The position numbers and the translations under genes are program-made. The notes beneath the pieces were generated by a model. The model searched no databases and was not told the origin of the DNA. It saw nothing but the letters and a program-made list of their open reading frames with translations. From Scenedesmus sp. PABB004 (taxonomy: Eukaryota), in NCBI GenBank assembly GCA_014905635.1, contig JABVCE010000009.1:744001-808000 (forward strand): DNA of 64,000 nucleotides, in the 5' to 3' direction. Below, one piece after another: positions 21,765 through 34,272 of this stretch (position 1 is the first letter of the stretch; every line of letters starts with the position of its first letter).

Positions 21765-23526
21765 TCAGCGGCCGCCGTAGGGGTTGCTAGGGTTGGGCGC
21801 GTACGCCGCCACCGCCGCGCCCTTGCCCTTGCCCTTGCTCACGATCACGGGCTGGCCCTTGCCGAGGCTCTGCGTCGTCGTGACGGTCGTGATCTTCTGG
21901 CAGACCGGCTTGCACACCTGCGCGGGCGGGCGCGCCGCGGCGGCGGCGGCGGTGGGCGCGCGCGCGCGCGCCTGAGGAGGGGGCCGCCCCCCAGGCCGCC
22001 GCGCCTCGTGCCGGCGCCCGCCGCCGCCGCGCCGCCGCGCCGGCCGCCGCACCTGCTTGCACTCCTGGTCGTACACGATGTCGCACACGGTCTTGGTCTT
22101 GGTCACGGTCGTGCACTCGGTGGTGAACGTGGTGTACGGCACGTCCTTGCACACCTGCGGGCCGGCGGCGGCGGCGCGCTTCCTGCTCAGGCGGCGGCGC
22201 CGGCGCCGGCGGCCTGGCGAGCCCAGCGGTGCCGGGCCGGCGCCGCTGGCGCCGCTGGCGCCGCTGGCGTGCGCAGCTCTCACGTCCTGGCAGTTAGAGT
22301 CCACCAGCGCGCCCTTGCCCATTGTTGCGTAGCCCTTGCCAGTGGACACCGCCATCGCGGCCATCTGTGCGTGCGCGTGCGCGCACGCGCGGGCAGGCGG
22401 CGCCGGCGGCCACGCGTGGGCGCGGCGGGCCGGCCGTCGCGCCGGCGCCCGCGCTCCGCTCCGGCGGCGGCCGCGGCCCGGCGGCGCTGCTGCACCTTCT
22501 GCTTGTGGATGAAGCCGGAGAGGCGGCGGCCGAAGCCCTTGCCCTTGCCCTTGCCCATCACCACCGGCGCGCCCTTGCCGAGGGACTCGGTGAACGTCTG
22601 CGTGCACACGCGCTCGCACTTCTGCTTCACGACCTGCACCGGCACCTTGGCGCACGCCTGCACGGCGCGCGCGGCCGCGAGCCGGGCGGTCGGCGGGCGG
22701 CGGGCGGCGGCATGCGCGTGCGCTGCCGCGCTGCGCCCGCGCTCAGCCAGCGGGGCGCGGGCGCACCTGGGCCTCGTACGGCACCTCATTGCAGACCTTG
22801 TTGGGCACCGGCACGCACACGTCCTTGCACGCCTGCTGGCACTGCACGTCCACGTTCACGTCGCCCTTGCCCTTGGAGAGCGACAGGCCGTGGTGGTGGA
22901 TGAGGCCCTGCGAGCCGGCTGCGGCGCGCGGCGGCGAGGGCGGCGCGCGCGTCAGGCGCCCGCACTGCCGCGCCCACGCTGCTGGGCCAGATGGGACCGC
23001 AGTCAGGGCGGCCCAGCGGCCGGCGCGGCCCGCACCTGAGGCCGGCACGGCCAGCAGCGCCGCGAGCAGCGCCTGCGGCGGCGCGCGGGTGACGCGGGCG
23101 CGCGGCGGTCAGTCTCGCGCCGGTTGGCGGTGCCCCGCGCTGAGGCGGGCACAGCGGGGCGACCGCGCCGTGCCGCTGCCGGCCACGGGCTGCGCTCTGG
23201 GCGGTCGCTGCCGGAGCTGCATCAGCAGCACACCCCGTGCCGCTGCCGCCGCGTGCCGCTGCGAACGCGGGCCCCACTGAGGGCCCGAAATTTGCCCAGC
23301 TCATTGGTCATGCTCTGCGGCCCGCTCGACCGCCGCCTCGCACGGGTGCGTCGATTATCGATACGCTGCTGCCCCCGCGCCCCGCATGCGCCCCGCCTGC
23401 TGCTCCGCCGCGGTCGGTCGTGGATCGCTGGCGCTGACGCGTTGCACAGCCCCGCGCGGCGCGGCGGCGGGCGCGGTGGCCGCTGGCGGGCCCGCAGCTC
23501 ACCAGGGCGCACGCGGTGCGGGCCAT
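21765..23526 (-). CDS. Secreted Cys/Val/Lys-rich structural-type protein with GKG repeats
   Basis: Spliced product: MARTACAL|ALLAALLAVPAS|GSQGLIHHHGLSLSKGKG..CQQACKDVCVPVPNKVCNEVPYEAQ|ACAKVPVQ..GKGKGKGFGRRLSG..|VCKDVPYTTFTTECTTV..GKGKGAAVAAYAPNPSNPYGGR*. Confidence 0.75.
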
Positions 23527-23866
23527 CTTTCGCCGGGCGGGATGGAGCTGGACGCGAGAGCGTGGAGTGGGGGCGCCGGCCGACGGGCTGCGGCGATGGT
23601 AGGCGGCGCTGGCGGCGCGCGGCGGCACAAAACATTTAACGCTTAGCTGCAGCACGGCGGCGTCGCGCTGCCAGGGCGACGTGAACTGACTGCGAGCGGC
23701 CCGACGTGCGCAATCCTGCCGGGCGCATCGCTGATCAGCGGCAGCCGCCGCCTGCGGGTGACGCCGCCAGCAATTGTGTCACCCGCGGCCCGCCCGCGCG
23801 CTGCCTCTCGCAGCAGCAGCAGCCCCAAAGCCTCCCAGGTCTCGACCCCCCGCGCCACGCTGCCGG

Positions 23867-24783
23867 TCAGTCGCTCTCCTCCTCGCTGCTGTCGTCGTCG
23901 TCGCTGCTGTCGTCGTCGCTCGCCTCGGGCGCCTCCGCGATGAGCTCGTCCAGGCGGGTCTCCAGCTCCTCCACGTCCCCAAACTCCAGCTCCGCCTTCT
24001 CCAGCGCCGCCGCCCAGGCTGCGGCGCGACGCCACGGACGTGGGCGCAGCGCGGGCGACGATCGCCCGGCTGCAGCGCGGGCGACGCAACGCCCGGCTGC
24101 GCAGTGCCGCCCGCCCCGCCCGCGCACCCAGCAGGCTGGCCTTGAGCTCCGAAAGCTCGTGCTTGTCAAACCCGGCGTTGGCAAAGTCTGCGCTCCACCG
24201 CGGCGGGGCGCCGTCGCCGCCGCTGCCGCCGCTCGCACGGGCGCGGGCGCGCCCGCCCCGTCGTCCCGCCCGCCCGCCCGCGCACCCACCCGGCTTGCCG
24301 AGCACCTCCAGCCAGCGCGCCGCGAGCGCGGCGGGGAAGTCCACATTGTCACAGAAGCTCTCGCCGCCGCCCGAGCGCCACGCGTCCGCGTCAGCTGCGC
24401 GCGCGCGCGTGGGCGCGCGCGCCGGCGCAGCGCGGGCGTGGGCGCGGCGCGGGGGGCCACGCGCCCGCGCAGCAGGGGGGGGAGCTGCACGTGCGCCGCC
24501 CGGCGCGCGCACATGGGTCTGCGAGCAGGTCGAAGGCCTCCGGGTCGGCGGCAACGGCCTTGGTTACGCCCTGCAGCATGCCGACCGCCTGCCGCGCGCC
24601 CGCCGCGCCGCTCTGGTCAAACTGCGCGGCGACAGCGGCGGCGGGTGAGCGGCGGGTGAGCGGCGGCTGCAGCAGCAGCCGGCCCAGCCAGGCGCGTGGC
24701 GGCGCGGCAGGTGGCTGCGGCGGCGCGCAGCGTCTCACCACTTGCAGCACGCGCCGAATCTCCGATGCGTCCGGCGGCGCCAT
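23867..24783 (-). CDS. Hypothetical acidic protein
   Basis: Spliced product: MAPPDASEIRRVLQ..AFDLLADP..FCDNVDFPAALAARWLEVLGKP..LEKAELEFGDVEELETRLDELIAEAPEASDDDSSDDDDSSEEESD*. Confidence 0.65.
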
Positions 24784-25155
24784 GATGATGCTTGCTGCAC
24801 GAGCGCGGAGCAGCGGCGGCGGCGGCGCGCGCTGGTGTGCGCGGCGCGCTGGATCTGCCGGTGCTCTGGAATGGACGGCGAGCTGGTGTGCCGGTGCGCC
24901 GCCGGTGGGCGGCCCGCACCAAGCGCGCCGCGGCGGCGGGCGCGGCGCAGCGGTCTACGTCGTGACGGCCGGCCGGCCAATTCGCCCGCGCGCGCCGACC
25001 GTGGTGAGAGCTCGGCGACCGGACACGCGCGATTGGTGGGGGGAGCCAGGAAGCGCTCGCGCGGAGCAGCAGCGCGGAGCAGCAGCAGCGCAGGAAGGCC
25101 GCGCGCCTCACGCCGATGCGCTGACGCCGGGATCTTGCTCAAGGGCGCGTCCGAG

Positions 25156-28100
25156 ATGGCGCTGGGCCAGCAGCGGGCGCGCGCCGCGCCGAGCGCGCGG
25201 GCGTCGCCTTGCGCTCGTGCGGGCCGGCCGGGGCGCGCAATTGGGCGCGTCGTCGCCGCCCAGCGTCCCGGTGGCTGGCGCCGGGCGGCCGCGGGCGCCC
25301 GGGCGGCGCTGCAGCAGCTGCAGCAGCTCGGCAGCGGCGCCGCACGCGCGCGCTGGCCCGAGCTGCAGGCATCGCTCGCCATTGGCGGGGCCGGCGGCGC
25401 GGTCGCCTGCAGCGGCGGCTGGGGCCCCACCCCGCCCGGCGGCGCCGGCGGCGGCGACTGGGGCCCGCGCGGCGGCGGCGGCGGCGGCGGCGGCGCGGGC
25501 GGCGGCGGTGGCGGCGCGCCGGCCGCGCTGGCGGACGTCGCCGCGGCCGACGGCGGCGGCGACGCCGCGGGCGAGGAGGAGGTGGTGCTGCTGGACGTGG
25601 GCGGTGAGCGGGGCGCGCGCCCGGCCGCGCGAGCGCACCCCGCCGCGCCGGCCGCGCGGTGCCGGCGGCCGCCGCTGCCGCTTCTCCCGGCACCCCGCTC
25701 CTGCGACCCGCACGCACGCGCCGCGGCGCGCCGCAGGCATGAAGTGCGGCGGCTGCGTGGGGCACGTGCGGGAGCTGCTGGAGGGGCAGCCGGGCGTCGT
25801 CGCGGCGACGGTCAACCTCACCACCGAGACGGCCCTCGTCCGCGTGCGCCTCGCGGCCGGGCAGGACCTGGAGCAGCTCGCGGCGGCGCTGGCCAAGGTG
25901 CGCTGCGCGCCTGGGGCTGGGGCGGCCCGCCCGCCGCTCGCGCGCTGTGGCACGCTGCAAACGACCAGGCACCGCCAGACCGCCAGCACACGCGGCACGC
26001 GCTCACACAGCTGCAGACGCAGGCGCAGCAGTCGCAGCGGCGGCGCAGCGGTGGCGTGCCGTGGGCATCCCTAACCCACGCGCGCCGCTGCTGCGCGCCG
26101 CGCTCGCCGGCCAGGTCCTGACCGCCGCGGGCTTCAAGTCGCAGCGCAGCCGCAAGAGCCTCGCCGAGGCGGGGGCAGCATAGCGGCGGCAGCGCGCGTG
26201 CGCCGCCGCCGCAGCAGCAGCAGCAAAGGCATTGCTTGATCGTCAGCCCTCTCAGCTGCTTGTTTGATGCGAGCCAGCAGCACTTGCTGTAATCGAGATC
26301 TTATGCACCCCCGACGGCCTCGCCGCCTGACGCGCGCGGCCGCCCACCGGCCGCCGCCGCGCGCGGCGCCCGCTGACGCCGCGCCGTGCCATGCCGTGCG
26401 CAGGCGCTGACGGACGCAGGCTTCTCATCGACGCCGCGGGAGCGCCGTGGCCGCGGCTGGGTGAGCGAGGCGGCGCTGAACCACAAGCGCCAGCAGAAGC
26501 TGGACCGCCTGCAGAAGACCACGCACGACCTGGTCGTCGCATGGGGCCTGAGCCTCGCGTGCGGGCTGGGCCACCTCGCACACCTCTGGCCCACGGCGCC
26601 GGGCTGGATGCACGCGCTGCACCACCCCGCGCTCGCGGCGGCGATGTCGGTCGCGGCGCTGCTTGGTGCGCGCCGCGGCGCGCGGCCCGGCGGCGCGGGC
26701 GGCGGCGGCGGCCGCGTGCACGCGCCGCGCGCACACCTGCACCACCGCCCGCCGCTCACGCCATGCCGCCGCCACCGCCGCCGCGCGGCCCGCCGGCAGG
26801 CCCCGGGCGAGACATCATCACCGCTGGCGCAACGGCGCTCGCGGCGGGGCGGCCAGACATGAACAGCCTGGTCGGCCTCGGCGCGGGGGCGAGCTTTGGC
26901 GTCAGCTGCGTCGCGGCGGCGCTCCCGGCACTGCGCTGGAAGACGTTTTTTGAGGAGCCGGCGATGCTCCTGGGTGCGTGCGGCGTGCTGGCGTGCTGGC
27001 GGCGCACGCGGCGCTGCGCGCTGCGCCGCGCTGGCGGCGCCCTGCGGCAGGGCGCAGCGCGGCGGCAGACCCGCGCCGCTCCTCCTCCTTGCTCGCCCGC
27101 TCGCAGGCTTTGTGCTGGTCGGCCGTGCGCTGGAGGAGCGCGCGAAGCTGCAGGCCTCGTCAGACATGGCGGCGCTGCAGGGGCTGATGCCACAGACGGC
27201 ACGCCTCGCCGTCGGCACGGCCGCGGACGGCGGCGCCGCGGCGGCGGCCGCGGCGGCGGCGGCGGCCACGGCGGCCGGCGGCGACGCCGGCGCGCCGAGC
27301 GCGGCAAGCCTGCAGTGGGTGGAGGTGCCCGCCGACGCGGTCGGCCCCGGCGACGTGCTGCTGGTGCTGCCCGGCGACCGGGTGCCCGTCGACGGCGCCG
27401 TCGTGGGCGGGCGCAGCACGGTCGACGAGTCGGCGCTCACGGGCGAGCCGCTGCCGCTCGTCAAGCAAGCGGGTGCGCCGCGCCGCCGCGCGCGCCGCCC
27501 GCGAGGGCCCGCCCCGCGCCAGCGGCCGGGCCCTCGTGCTCGGAGGGGCCCGAGCGGAGCCGGCCCGCCCGCCCGCCGCCGGCGCAGGCTGCAAGGTCAC
27601 CGCCGGCACGCTCAACTGCGACGGCGGGCTGCTCGTCGCCGCGGAGGCGTCGGGGCAGGACACCGTCATCGCTGACATTGTGCGCCTCGTCGAGGCGGCG
27701 CAGGCGCGCACCGCGCCGATCCAGCGCCTCGCCGACACGGTGGCCGGCAAGTTTGCGTACGGCGTGATGGGCCTCTCTGCCGCCACGTTTGGCTTCTGGG
27801 CGACCGTCGGCACGCGGATCTTCCCGTCGGTGCTCGCCGCCGCGGCGGGCGGCGGCGCCGGCGCGGGCGCGGGCGCGGCGGCGGCGTGCTGCGCGCCCGC
27901 GGGCGGCGCCGCGGCCGCGGCGGCCATGCCTGGCGCGGCGGCGGTGCTGCTGGGGCTGCAGCTCGCGTGCAACGTCATGGTCGTGGCCTGCCCCTGCGCG
28001 CTGGGGCTGGCCACGCCGACCGCGGTGCTCGTCGGCACCGCTGCGGGCGCGCGCAAGGGCCTGCTCGTGCGCGGCGGCGACATCCTGGAGGCGACGTCGC

Positions 28101-28207
28101 AGGTCGACACGGTTGTCTTTGACAAGACCGGCACGCTCACGGCGGGCAAGCCGGTCGTGGCCGGCATCACGATGCTGCAGGGGAGTGGCAGCAGCAGTTG
28201 TGGGACC

Positions 28208-28250
<43 letters not shown>

Positions 28251-29761
28251 GGGCCAGCGGCGGCGGGCGGGGCTCCGGCAGCGCCGACATGAGCCCCCGC
28301 CTCATGCTTCAGCTCGCGGCGGCGGTGGAGCAGCAGGCGACGCACCCGGTCGGCAAGGCGCTGGTGGCTGCAGCGGCAGCCGACCGCGCCGCGGTCGCGG
28401 GTCAGGGCGCGGAGCAGCTCGCCGAGCGGCAGGCGAGCCACGCCGCCGCGAGCAGCAGCAGTGGCAGCAGCAGCGGCGGCGGCGCCGGCGGCGGCGGCGG
28501 CAAGAAGCAGCAGCACCAGGGCGGCGCGCAGCCGCAGGCACACCGCGCCGGCGGCGGGGGCGCGCTGCTGGCGGCGCTCGAGGCGACCGCGGGCGCGGGG
28601 CGCGGCTTCGCGCCCGAGGCCGGCACGTTCACGCAGGAGCCCGGCAGCGGCGCGGTCGCCGTCGTCGCGGGGCGCCGCGTCTCGGTCGGCACGCTGGAGT
28701 GGGTGCAGCGCCAGGGCGCGGCGCTGCCGCCGGGCGGCGAGGAGCAGCTCGCCGCGCAGACGGGCGCGCTCGCAGCCGCGGCGGCGGCGCCGCAGGCGCC
28801 GCAGCAGCCCGCGACGTCGGCGGCGGCGGCGCAGCAGGCGCAGCCGCTCACGGGGCACACGCAGGTGTATGTCGGTGTGGACGGGTCGGTCGTGGGCCTG
28901 CTTGATGTGGCAGACTTGATCCGCCCTGACGCGCGCGCCACGGTGGCCGAGCTGCACGCCGCGGGGCTGCGCACGGTGATGCTGTCGGGCGACCGCGCCG
29001 AGGCGGCGCTCGCGGTCGCGGCGGCGGTCGGCATCGCGCCGGGCGACGTGCACGCTGGCATCAAGCCCGCCGGCAAGGCGGCGCTCGTGGAGTCGCTCAA
29101 GGCGCGCGGCGCGCGCGTCGCGATGGTCGGCGACGGCATCAACGACACCGCCGCGCTCGCGGCGGCGCACGTGGGCATGGCCATGGCCGGCGGCGTCGAC
29201 GCCGCGTCGGACGTGGCCAAGGTCGTCCTCATGGGCGACCAGCTGCACCAGGTGTCGGACGCGATCGAACTCAGCCGCCGCACGCTGGCCAAGATCCAGC
29301 AGAACCTCTGCTGGGCGTTCTGCTACAACCTGGTCGGCATCCCGCTCGCCGCCGGCGCGCTGCTGCCGGGGCGGGGCCTCGCGCTCACGCCGAGCGTGAG
29401 CGGCGCGCTCATGGGCGCGAGCTCGCTCGCCGTCATGGCCAACTCGCTGCTGCTGCGCGTCGAGGTGGCCGGCATGCGCAGCGGGCTCGACACCGCGGCG
29501 GCGGCCGCCGCGGCGCGCGGCGCGCCGGCGGTGCTCGCGGCCGCCGGCGGCGGCGGCGCGCGCCGCTGGGGCGCCGGCGGCGGCGGCGGCAGCGGCGGCG
29601 GCGGCGCGCCACAGCAGCAACAAGAGCAGCAGCGGCCGGCGCACGCGGAGGAGCAGCAGAAGCAGGCGGCAGCGCCGCCGCGAGGCGGCGCGCTGAGCGT
29701 GCACGCTCACGTGGCGAGCTTGCGCGCGGCAGCAGCGGCTGCGGCGGCGCGGGAGCGCTGA
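25156..29761 (+). CDS. PAA1: Chloroplast copper-transporting P1B-type ATPase, PAA1/HMA6-like
   Basis: Transit-peptide-like N-terminus, Gly-rich stretch, HMA motif [77 protein letters not shown] and MGASSLAV. Confidence 0.92.
26115..26183 (+). CDS. Alternative terminal exon of the P1B-ATPase gene, giving an HMA-only short isoform
   Basis: CCAG acceptor, in-frame [22 protein letters not shown], then TGTAA at 26288-26292. Paralogous to the start of the next exon (ALTDAGFSS at 26404). Confidence 0.7.
   Translation, partial: VLTAAGFKSQRSRKSLAEAGAA
26288..26292 (+). promoter_or_regulatory. Chlorophyte-type poly(A) signal TGTAA inside the ATPase intron
   Basis: TGTAA about 105 nt after the alternative stop codon, within a lower-GC UTR-like patch. 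Confidence 0.6.
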
Positions 29762-29815
29762 GGCGGGGGCGGACGCCCGGGCGGCTGCGCATGCGGCCGG
29801 GGGTAAAGCCGCGCC

Positions 29816-32210
29816 TTACCGCTGTTCCGTCGCCGCGCCCGCGCCCGTGCCTGCGCTCGCGGCGGCGGCCACGCACGCGGCGCGCGGCAGCGCCGCCAGC
29901 GGCACCTGGCCCCCCGACGCCCCGCGCCGGCTGCTGCCGAACTGGCGTGCATTGGAGATCTGCGCCAAGCGGCTGCCGAATTGAATCGCCCGCTTCTCCC
30001 GCGCCGCTGCTCCGGGCAGTCCCAGCGCCGCGAGCGCGGCGCGCAGCGGGCGCTTGTCGCCCACGCCTGCGGCGGCGGCACCATCGACACGGCGGTGTCA
30101 CCAAATGCAGGCGCCACACCTGCCCGCCGCGCGCGCGCACCCGGCGGCAGGCGCAGGTCGGCCAGCGCACGCAGCGGCGCGCCGAGCAGCGCGTCCATGA
30201 GCGCCTCGTCCAAGAAAGGGTGCCGCGCCTCGCGGCCGTGGTCCGACACCAGCCGGTCGTCGCGGCCCAGGTTCCTGCGCGAGGGGCGCGCGGCGCGGCG
30301 GCGCGGCGAGCTCGGCGCCCGGTCCGGCGCTGGGGCGGGCCCGCTCCGGCGGCGCGGCGGCCGCGCGCGGTGCGCTCGGCGCACCTGAGCCAGAGCCGCC
30401 GCACGTCGAGCGCGAGCTCGTCGGCCAGCCCGCGCCAGCCGCCCAGCCGGAAGCGCGTGCGGTGCCGCCCGTAGCCGCCCGCCTGCTCGTCCGCGCCGTG
30501 CCCCAGCAGCACGACGCGCGCGGCCGAGCGGTGCGCGCGCGCCCCGAGCGGCGCGAGGCCCCGGCCGCCGCCCGGCCGCGGCGCGGGCGCGAACGCGCGG
30601 CCCTCGCCGCGCGCGGCGAGCCAGAGCGCGGCGCCGATGTTTAGGTCCATCACCGTGCCGGCGGGGCGCAGCAGCGCGGTGATGCGCGCCGCGGCCGCGT
30701 CGACCTCGGCGAGGCTCGAGTCCACCTCGAACAGCCGCCAGGGGCGCCCGGGCGCGAGCGCCGCGAGCTCGAGCAGCGCCACGCGCGCGGCGACGCGGTC
30801 GGGCGAGGCGCCGCCGGCGAAGCAGACGTTTGCGAGGTCGATCGGCGCGCCCGGCGGCAGCGCGGCATGCGCGAGCGCCGCCAGCAGCGTGCTGTCGACG
30901 CCGCCGCTGAAAAGAATTAGCACCGCAGCTGGCGCCAGCGGCGCGTCGCCGGTCGAGGCGTCACCGCCGCCCACCGGCTGCCGCGTCTCTGCGGCCGCCG
31001 GCTGCTGCTGCTCCGCCAGCCTGTCATTCGTCAGGCAGCGCACGGCCACCGCGTCGCGCAGCAGCGCGAGCAGCTGCGGCGGGGCCTCGCCGTCCGCCGC
31101 GTCTGGCGCGGCGGCGCTGGGCTGCTGCGCCCCCGCGTCGTCCGGGACCAGGCCCGCGCTCCGCTCGTACGCCGCCAGCCGCTGCAGCTGTGGGTCCGTC
31201 CAGGCATGGTGCCGCAGGCCCGGCAGCGCGCGCGTCAGGTCGGCCGGCGAGGCGATGCCGCCGTTGGCGGTCGCGCCGCCGGCGCCGCCGTCTGCATCTG
31301 CGTCGCTGCGGCCCGGGCCTGCGCCCGAGCCTGGGCCGTCGCCGCCGCCGCGAACGAGGCACAGCAGGTCCGCCGCTGCAATGCTGTAGATGCCTGGCGG
31401 CACCTCGACCCACGCCTCGGCGGCCGCCGCCTCGCCCGCGGCGACCGAGCACAGCACCAGGCCCGCCCCGCCGCCCTGCCGCGGCCGGCGGAGCAGCAGG
31501 CTGCGCCGGCCTGCGGGCACGCGCGCGCGGGCGCGTGAGTGACAGGGCCCCGCCCTCAGGTGCTGCCGCTACCCACCCCAGCGGCAGCTCACCCAGCCAG
31601 TCGCGGCCGAACCAGAGCGTGCCGGCCGCGGCCTGCCAGTAGGCGAGCGCCCAGGGGCCGCGCAGCGCGCTCAGCAGGCCCGGCACCTGGCCGAGGCCCC
31701 CGGCAGCGCGCCCAGCGCGCGCAGCAGCGCCTCGCCGTCGTGGCCGCCGGGCGGCACGGCGAGGCCACCGAAGACCTCGCCATTGAACGCGAGCACCCCG
31801 CCCGACGACGCGCAAGAGAGCGGGCACGCCGGCGGCGCCGCCGCCGCGCCGCGCAGCTGCAGGAGCGACGCCGCCAGCCGCAGGCGCAGCGCGCCGCCGG
31901 CGCCGGGGCAGGGCACCGTCACCTGCGGGCGCGCGGCGCACGGGGCGCGCTCGCGGCGCGGCCGCGAGCGTCAGCAGCGGCGGCAGCAGCGGTCGCGCGC
32001 CGCGTGCCTGGTGCGTGCCGAGGGCGTCGGGGCCGCGTCGTCTGAGGGCGGGCTCAAGGTCGTCCGTGGCGGGCTCCTGGCCGGCGGCGCGCGGCGGCTG
32101 AGCTGCGGCGAGCGGGCGTCGGCGGCCGCTGCTCGCGGGCCGCCGCTCGTTCGTCGGGCGCGCCGGACCTGCTCGGCCGCGTCCGACGCGACCAGCAGGA
32201 TCCCGCACAT
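29816..32210 (-). CDS. ASNSD1: Asparagine synthetase domain-containing protein 1 (apparent 1-nt frameshift near 31688)
   Basis: MCGILL start, RRRGPD, LLQLRG, LAFNGEVFGG, LRGPWALAYW..LWFGRDWLGRRSLL, ILFSGGVDS, TVMDLNIGAALWLAARG, GHGADEQAGGYGRHR, RNLGRDDR, RHPFLDE and EKRAIQFGSR. Confidence 0.88.
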
Positions 32211-32387
32211 CACGTGCACCCCGGCGTCGGCGCCGCGGTGGGCCCGGGGCAGCGCGCGCCGCCGTGGCGGCGAGCGCAGCCTGGTGGCGGCCTGCCGGGC
32301 GGCTGAGAGCGTTGCAAGGACTAGGTTGCCGGCCGCCTGCGCAAGCTCTCAACGTTTGCGCCCACCGCGGCGGTTAAACGATGAGCG

Positions 32388-33580
32388 TCACCCGCCTGTC
32401 CGCTCGCCTGCTGCCCGCGCACTCTCCGCCGCCGCGTCTGCCGACCGCGCTTGTTCAGGCGCGGCGGGGTCGAACTCGCCCTTGAGGATGGCCATGAAGG
32501 TCTGCGCGCGGGCAGCGGCCGGCGGGCGGCGGGCGTGCGCGGCGGGGCTGCTGCGCCGCGGGCGGCGGGTGCGTGCGCCGCCGCCTGCCGCCTGCCCCGG
32601 CTGCTGCGCAGCGGCGCGCGCACCCGTGGCTGCAGCACGTGCGCGTCGGCGAGGCCGTGGAAGTAGTACTGCCGGTCCCCTGCGACGCGGACTGGGAACA
32701 GCAGCTGGCCGCCGAGGCGCGACACCTCGCCCGCGCGCGCGCCCTTGAACGGCGGCTCAATACTCTCCAGCGGCACGTCGTTGTCCTGCGGCGTGCGGGG
32801 GCGCGGCGCTGGGTTCACCCTCGGCGGCGCACCGCGCGCCGCGCGCTGTCGGCGGCGCGCCGCGAGCGCGGCGCCGCGCCTCGCGGTTGCCCCAGAAATC
32901 GAGCACCGACAGCCGCACGACGCGGCGCTCCGGCAGCAGCAAGCTCATCTCGCCGACGTACCTGCGCCGCGCGCAGCACGCAGCATATGCGCGCGCGCGT
33001 GGCGTGAGAGCGCGCGGGCCGCTGCCGCCGGCCGGCCAGCCCGTGGGGCGCCGCGCCGCGCGCCTCACCGGCGGCTGTAATACCAGAGGCAGCACGAAGC
33101 AGCGACCATGCCGCCAGCCAGGCCGGTGAGCGCGAGCACGTCTGCGAGGGAGGCGCTCGTGCCGAGCGCGAGGCTGCCCAGCAGCAGGCCCACGCTGCCG
33201 CCGCCAATGAGCTGGAAGACCTTGGCGCGCACGAGGAACCGCACGGGGATGATCCAGCGCCCCCGGTAGATCTTTTCCACGGGCTGCCCGCGCCGGTCGT
33301 GCGCAGGCGCAGGCGCCGCTGCCGCTGCCTGCACCGCGGCGAGGTGCTGCTGCACGACGCGGCTCGGCCGCGCCTCCGGCAGCCGCGCGTAGCAACGCCC
33401 TTGCCCCCAGCCCGCGCCCCAAGGCAGCGGCTGCTGGAGCTGCGGCTGCTGGAGCTGCGGCTGCGCCGCCTGCGCCAGCGGCTGCTGCGCCGACGCCGCG
33501 CACGCAGCGGCGAGCTGCGACTGCGCGCCGCGCCGGCACGCGGTGTGCAACGCCGCCAGCAGGCGGCCGGTTGCGGCCAT
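32388..33580 (-). CDS. TMEM186/TMEM70-family mitochondrial membrane protein
   Basis: Mitochondrial-presequence-like start, IYRGRWIIPVRFLVRAKVFQL, two hydrophobic helices, and WYYSRR|YVGEMSLL..VRLSVLDFWGNRE. Confidence 0.7.
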
Positions 33581-34272
33581 CGCGATCAGGCAGGGAGGTC
33601 GCTGGTCGGCGAGAGTGGGGGCGAGCGCGGCGGCGCCGGCGGGGCACGAGCAGCGGCGGCGGCGCGCGCGACGCCTGCGCCCCGGCGGTTGTGGGGCCGG
33701 GCCTACGACGGCGACGCGGGCCGGATCCCGCCCGCCCTCTCGCATTGCTCTCCGGCACGCCAGCGTTGCAACCTTGCGAGCACCACCGCACGCGAGCAGC
33801 ACGCACGCATCGCTCGGCCACCGCCCGCGGGAGGCTCCCAGGAGGTGCGCACGGCCGTGCAGAGGCTGCAGCGCGGCTCCAGATGCCCGCACGCGCTCGT
33901 ACAGCGGGCAGGCAATCACGGGCAGGCGGGGGTGGCCGCTCGTCAGCGGGCCCCAAACCAGTTGGCGCCCCGCACGCGCCAGGCGGCCGCGCGGGCGCCG
34001 GCGCGCGGCGTGATCCCGGCCCAGGCCCGGCCCGGCTCCACGCCGGGCGGCAGCGCAGGCCGGCCGCCGTTGCGCCGCGTGCACAGCGGGCCGCGCACGC
34101 CTCCGCTGCTGTCGACCGCGCGCTCAGCGCGCGCGCCGCCGCCGCGCCGGCCCACCGCGCGCAGGGCCGCAGCGGCGGCGCCCCCGTCGCCGTGATGCCG
34201 TCGCCGCCGCCGGGCTGAGCCAGCAGCAGGGGCGCGGCCGGCGGGCGCGGCGGCAGCGGCGCAGGCGGCGCG

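Noticed and set aside
28210..28250. (AGC)n run in the ATPase gene
   Set aside because: Encodes an in-frame poly-Ser low-complexity insertion, common in these algal proteins.
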